The notes under the pieces: model-generated
What the model was told of the DNA's origin: nothing
The model's input: only the letters and a program-made list of their open reading frames with translations
The model's database searches: none
Origin: Raillietiella orientalis
Lineage: Eukaryota
Direction of reading: 5' to 3'
Length of the DNA: 64,000 nt
Assembly: GCA_036172245.1 (NCBI GenBank)
Contig: JAYWIR010000004.1
Span: forward strand, 3,534,001 to 3,598,000
Position numbers and translations under genes: made by a program
Shown here: in pieces, positions 61,213 through 64,000 of the stretch
Position numbering within the stretch: position 1 is the first letter of the stretch
Layout: each line of letters opens with the position of its first letter

Positions 61213-64000
61213 AGGGTCTAATGAAGTTTTTTCTGCTAATCCAAGATTTAGTGTAATGTAAGGGAAAAGATATCCATGAACCAAATGCTGGCAAAATAAG
61301 CATGTTGAAAGCTTTGAGAAAAGAAAAACTATAATTTACTTCAGGCAAGGATAGCTCTTGATATGCAAATTTAGAATTGAGTTTGCTTGGAACCAATGCA
61401 AATAAACACATTTTAAATGAAGAAAAAAAATTGGTTTCAACTGTTAAACCCTGTTATTTGATAAAGTGGTGAGTTAAGACTTCAAATGAAATTGAAATCT
61501 TGTGTTTTTTTATCTAATAAATTATTATTCTAAAAGAACTCTTAGAACTCCATGTTTTTTTTCATTGAATTCACCTAAGGAAACTAAATGAAACACTGGA
61601 TATCCATGCTTTGAAAGCATCCACCATTGCTGTTCCTAATATGTAGGAATAGATTAATTTGAAACCCAGCGGGCACGCAGAATTAATGGGGCATTCTGCA
61701 ACTTAAATTTTTAGCTGAAATCTTAAGATTCTCGTGTAGTTTGGGAGGGGCATGAACCATTAATTGTGTACAATGTTTGTATTTGTAGATAAAAAATGAT
61801 TATGGCCAAGATTTGATGGCAAAATTGACATTGCTAATCTTTCTGTGGTCATTTCGTGGAGCATTCTATTTAGTCAAGGTGGTGATAGAATAGGTTTTGG
61901 CATACATCTTCTTCCAATGCAAACTCAGAGAATGCAATTTCATGATAATTTCATGACAATTTCACATTCTTCAGAATGCTATGCATTATCCTTCTGTTTG
62001 GATCTATTTTTCTGAGTTTGCAAGTCTCAGAATTCAAGTTAGTGCTTAATTCTTAAACAAGTGCTACATTCCATGCTAATGGAATGATCGTTACAAAATA
62101 AAGAAATGTTACCAAAATGGTCAGTAAAGAACCAATCTTATAGTTAACCGCCGAAGGATCGCAACCTACTTTCAAACGAATTCTATATTTGGCAATGTTT
62201 CTCACCCCGTTCATTATGAGAAGAGTAAAACTCGGCAGTTTTGAAGCTGCTTAAAGGAGTTAAGGTTGGATAAAAACCTTTCGGAAGTGGAATGCAATGA
62301 GCAGAAGAATTTGCAGCTATTATTATGCAATCAAATCAATGTCTTCGAGAGCGAACGAAAGTTTATCAAAACATTCGCAAAAACTTGATAAAGTCAACCA
62401 ATGGACATATTCTCGGCTAAATGGTCTGTTATTTTCTAACTGACGTTGTAGTATAATATCTTGAGAGTATACTTATAAGAATGCTAGTGTACACTGTGTA
62501 GGTTGTTTTTACTATCAGGCGCTATGATTTTCATGATTCTTCTTCTGTCAACAGTGAAAGTGGCATGTTTGACTTAACACTGATTAAGCAAAAAACTGTA
62601 TCCGTTTTTCTTTCAAACAGTCGCAGATGATTTCCCCCTTTTATGAAATTTAGTATGCAGTACTGATTGACAATCGAGTTGCTCGTGCCTTCCTACCCTA
62701 GTCGGTTGCTCAATCACTTCCGCTGCAGCTACAAGCTCGAAATCTCATTCCGTGTGTGCTGTCTCCAACGCGGGAAGAACGAATCCACGCAAACAGCGTC
62801 CCCATTCTCCCAAGCAACGAGACGCACCTGACGGGAGATCTTCTTGCCTTTCGTATTGAGCCACCGCGTGCGTCCGAGAGGACGAAGCAGCGCACGGCTT
62901 TCGAGCTCGCCACACGATTCTTCGCCTGGCCGACCACCGTGAGATCCTCCCCGATGGACCACTCGCAACTCCGAACAGCATTCGCGGTCCAGCAGTCCGA
63001 GGCACGAAGCTTTGCTTTCGTGAACCGGAATTGCTTCCAGGCACCGGTACTGGCTGCGCATCCTTCCGAGGACACCTGCCTGCGAGGAGGACCTCCCGAC
63101 AGATGCCAGCGGCGCAGTGAGATACGAGAGTGCAACACCGGCCTGCATGCGAATCTACAGAGGAGACAGTGGTGGAGATTTTCTCGACCACGCCCGACTA
63201 ACATTGGTCGAGGCGATTGCTCTACCGGCTATCGGACTGTGCTCGACCTGCGCTTAGGTAACAAGTCATGCATCTCCGTGAAAATCATCGGCTGGAAGAG
63301 GAGGCGCCTCAACTGTACCTCAAGCCCGTTTGCACATATCTAAGTCCAGGATCACAAAATTTACACAAAGTGTATTATGACTCCCTTCCATGTCTCCTAT
63401 AGTAGAGTGCAATAGAAGAAAATTGGTTTGGAACAGAATAACTAAACAAAGTTATTATGGCATTTCATAACACAAGTTCATCATTTCTGTAACCAAAGTA
63501 GAGGCAAAAAGAAAGTACTGATTTTTAGGGAACAGACGAAATCTCGACCAACTTTGAGCATTCATGTACATCACATGAAGAGCCAGAGGGAATCGGATCG
63601 TTTTCATTTGGCTTCATATGAAACGACCTATAGTCGAATGGGCTTCGTTAGCACTAGATAGATGATTCAGCAAATTTTCGCTCCGTGTTCCTTTCAGAGA
63701 AAGATTTTTGACTCGCAGAAAATTGTCGATCAACGAGAATAATTCGAATTTTCAATTTGGTAATTCTACAATCAAGTTCTTAATTTCATAAGAATCATTA
63801 TACGGAAGTTCATTAGGTCTGTATTGAAAAGATGTCTGAATATGAGTTCTTCGAAATTTGTATTTCAGAGTTGAGGAATATAATGTTCACCAATAGAAAA
63901 ATAAGGAAGACTTAGAAATTCAGAATTTCTACATATGTTTTTTAAATCGAAGGTTATGTATAGCATAGTGTCGGATTTCTGAGAGTGTGATCTGCTTTTG

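Noticed and set aside
63600..64000. Minus-strand YITFDLKNIC and LKGTR as possible RdRp motifs A and B
   Set aside because: Matches are too weak and truncated by the window edge; worth rechecking with the adjacent sequence.
1..64000. CRISPR arrays, rRNA, tRNA or prokaryotic operons
   Set aside because: No repeat-spacer array or recognisable structural RNA gene seen; the genes are spliceosomal-intron eukaryotic genes.

Overview
Eukaryotic (invertebrate animal) genomic DNA in two compositionally very different halves. Bases 1-~15,800 are GC-rich (roughly 60% by eye). They hold one clear coding exon of an arthropod-type chitin synthase (minus strand), and most ORF-track calls there are GC-driven noise. 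Bases ~15,850-64,000 are AT-rich and carry three compact spliced genes: a DDX24-like helicase (+), phospholipase C gamma (-, convergent with DDX24) and EMC10 (+). This half also has a decayed NeSL/Utopia-like RLE non-LTR retrotransposon with a second LINE fragment nested in it. The main unexplained signal is a cluster of heavily decayed, intronless relics of negative-strand RNA virus (Mononegavirales/chu-like) L polymerase genes. Three copies are supported by several ordered motifs (~16-17.3 kb +, ~51-55.3 kb -, ~56.8-59.4 kb). There is also a possible nucleoprotein relic and two weaker L candidates. All virus calls come from manual translation across stops and frameshifts and need profile-search confirmation.
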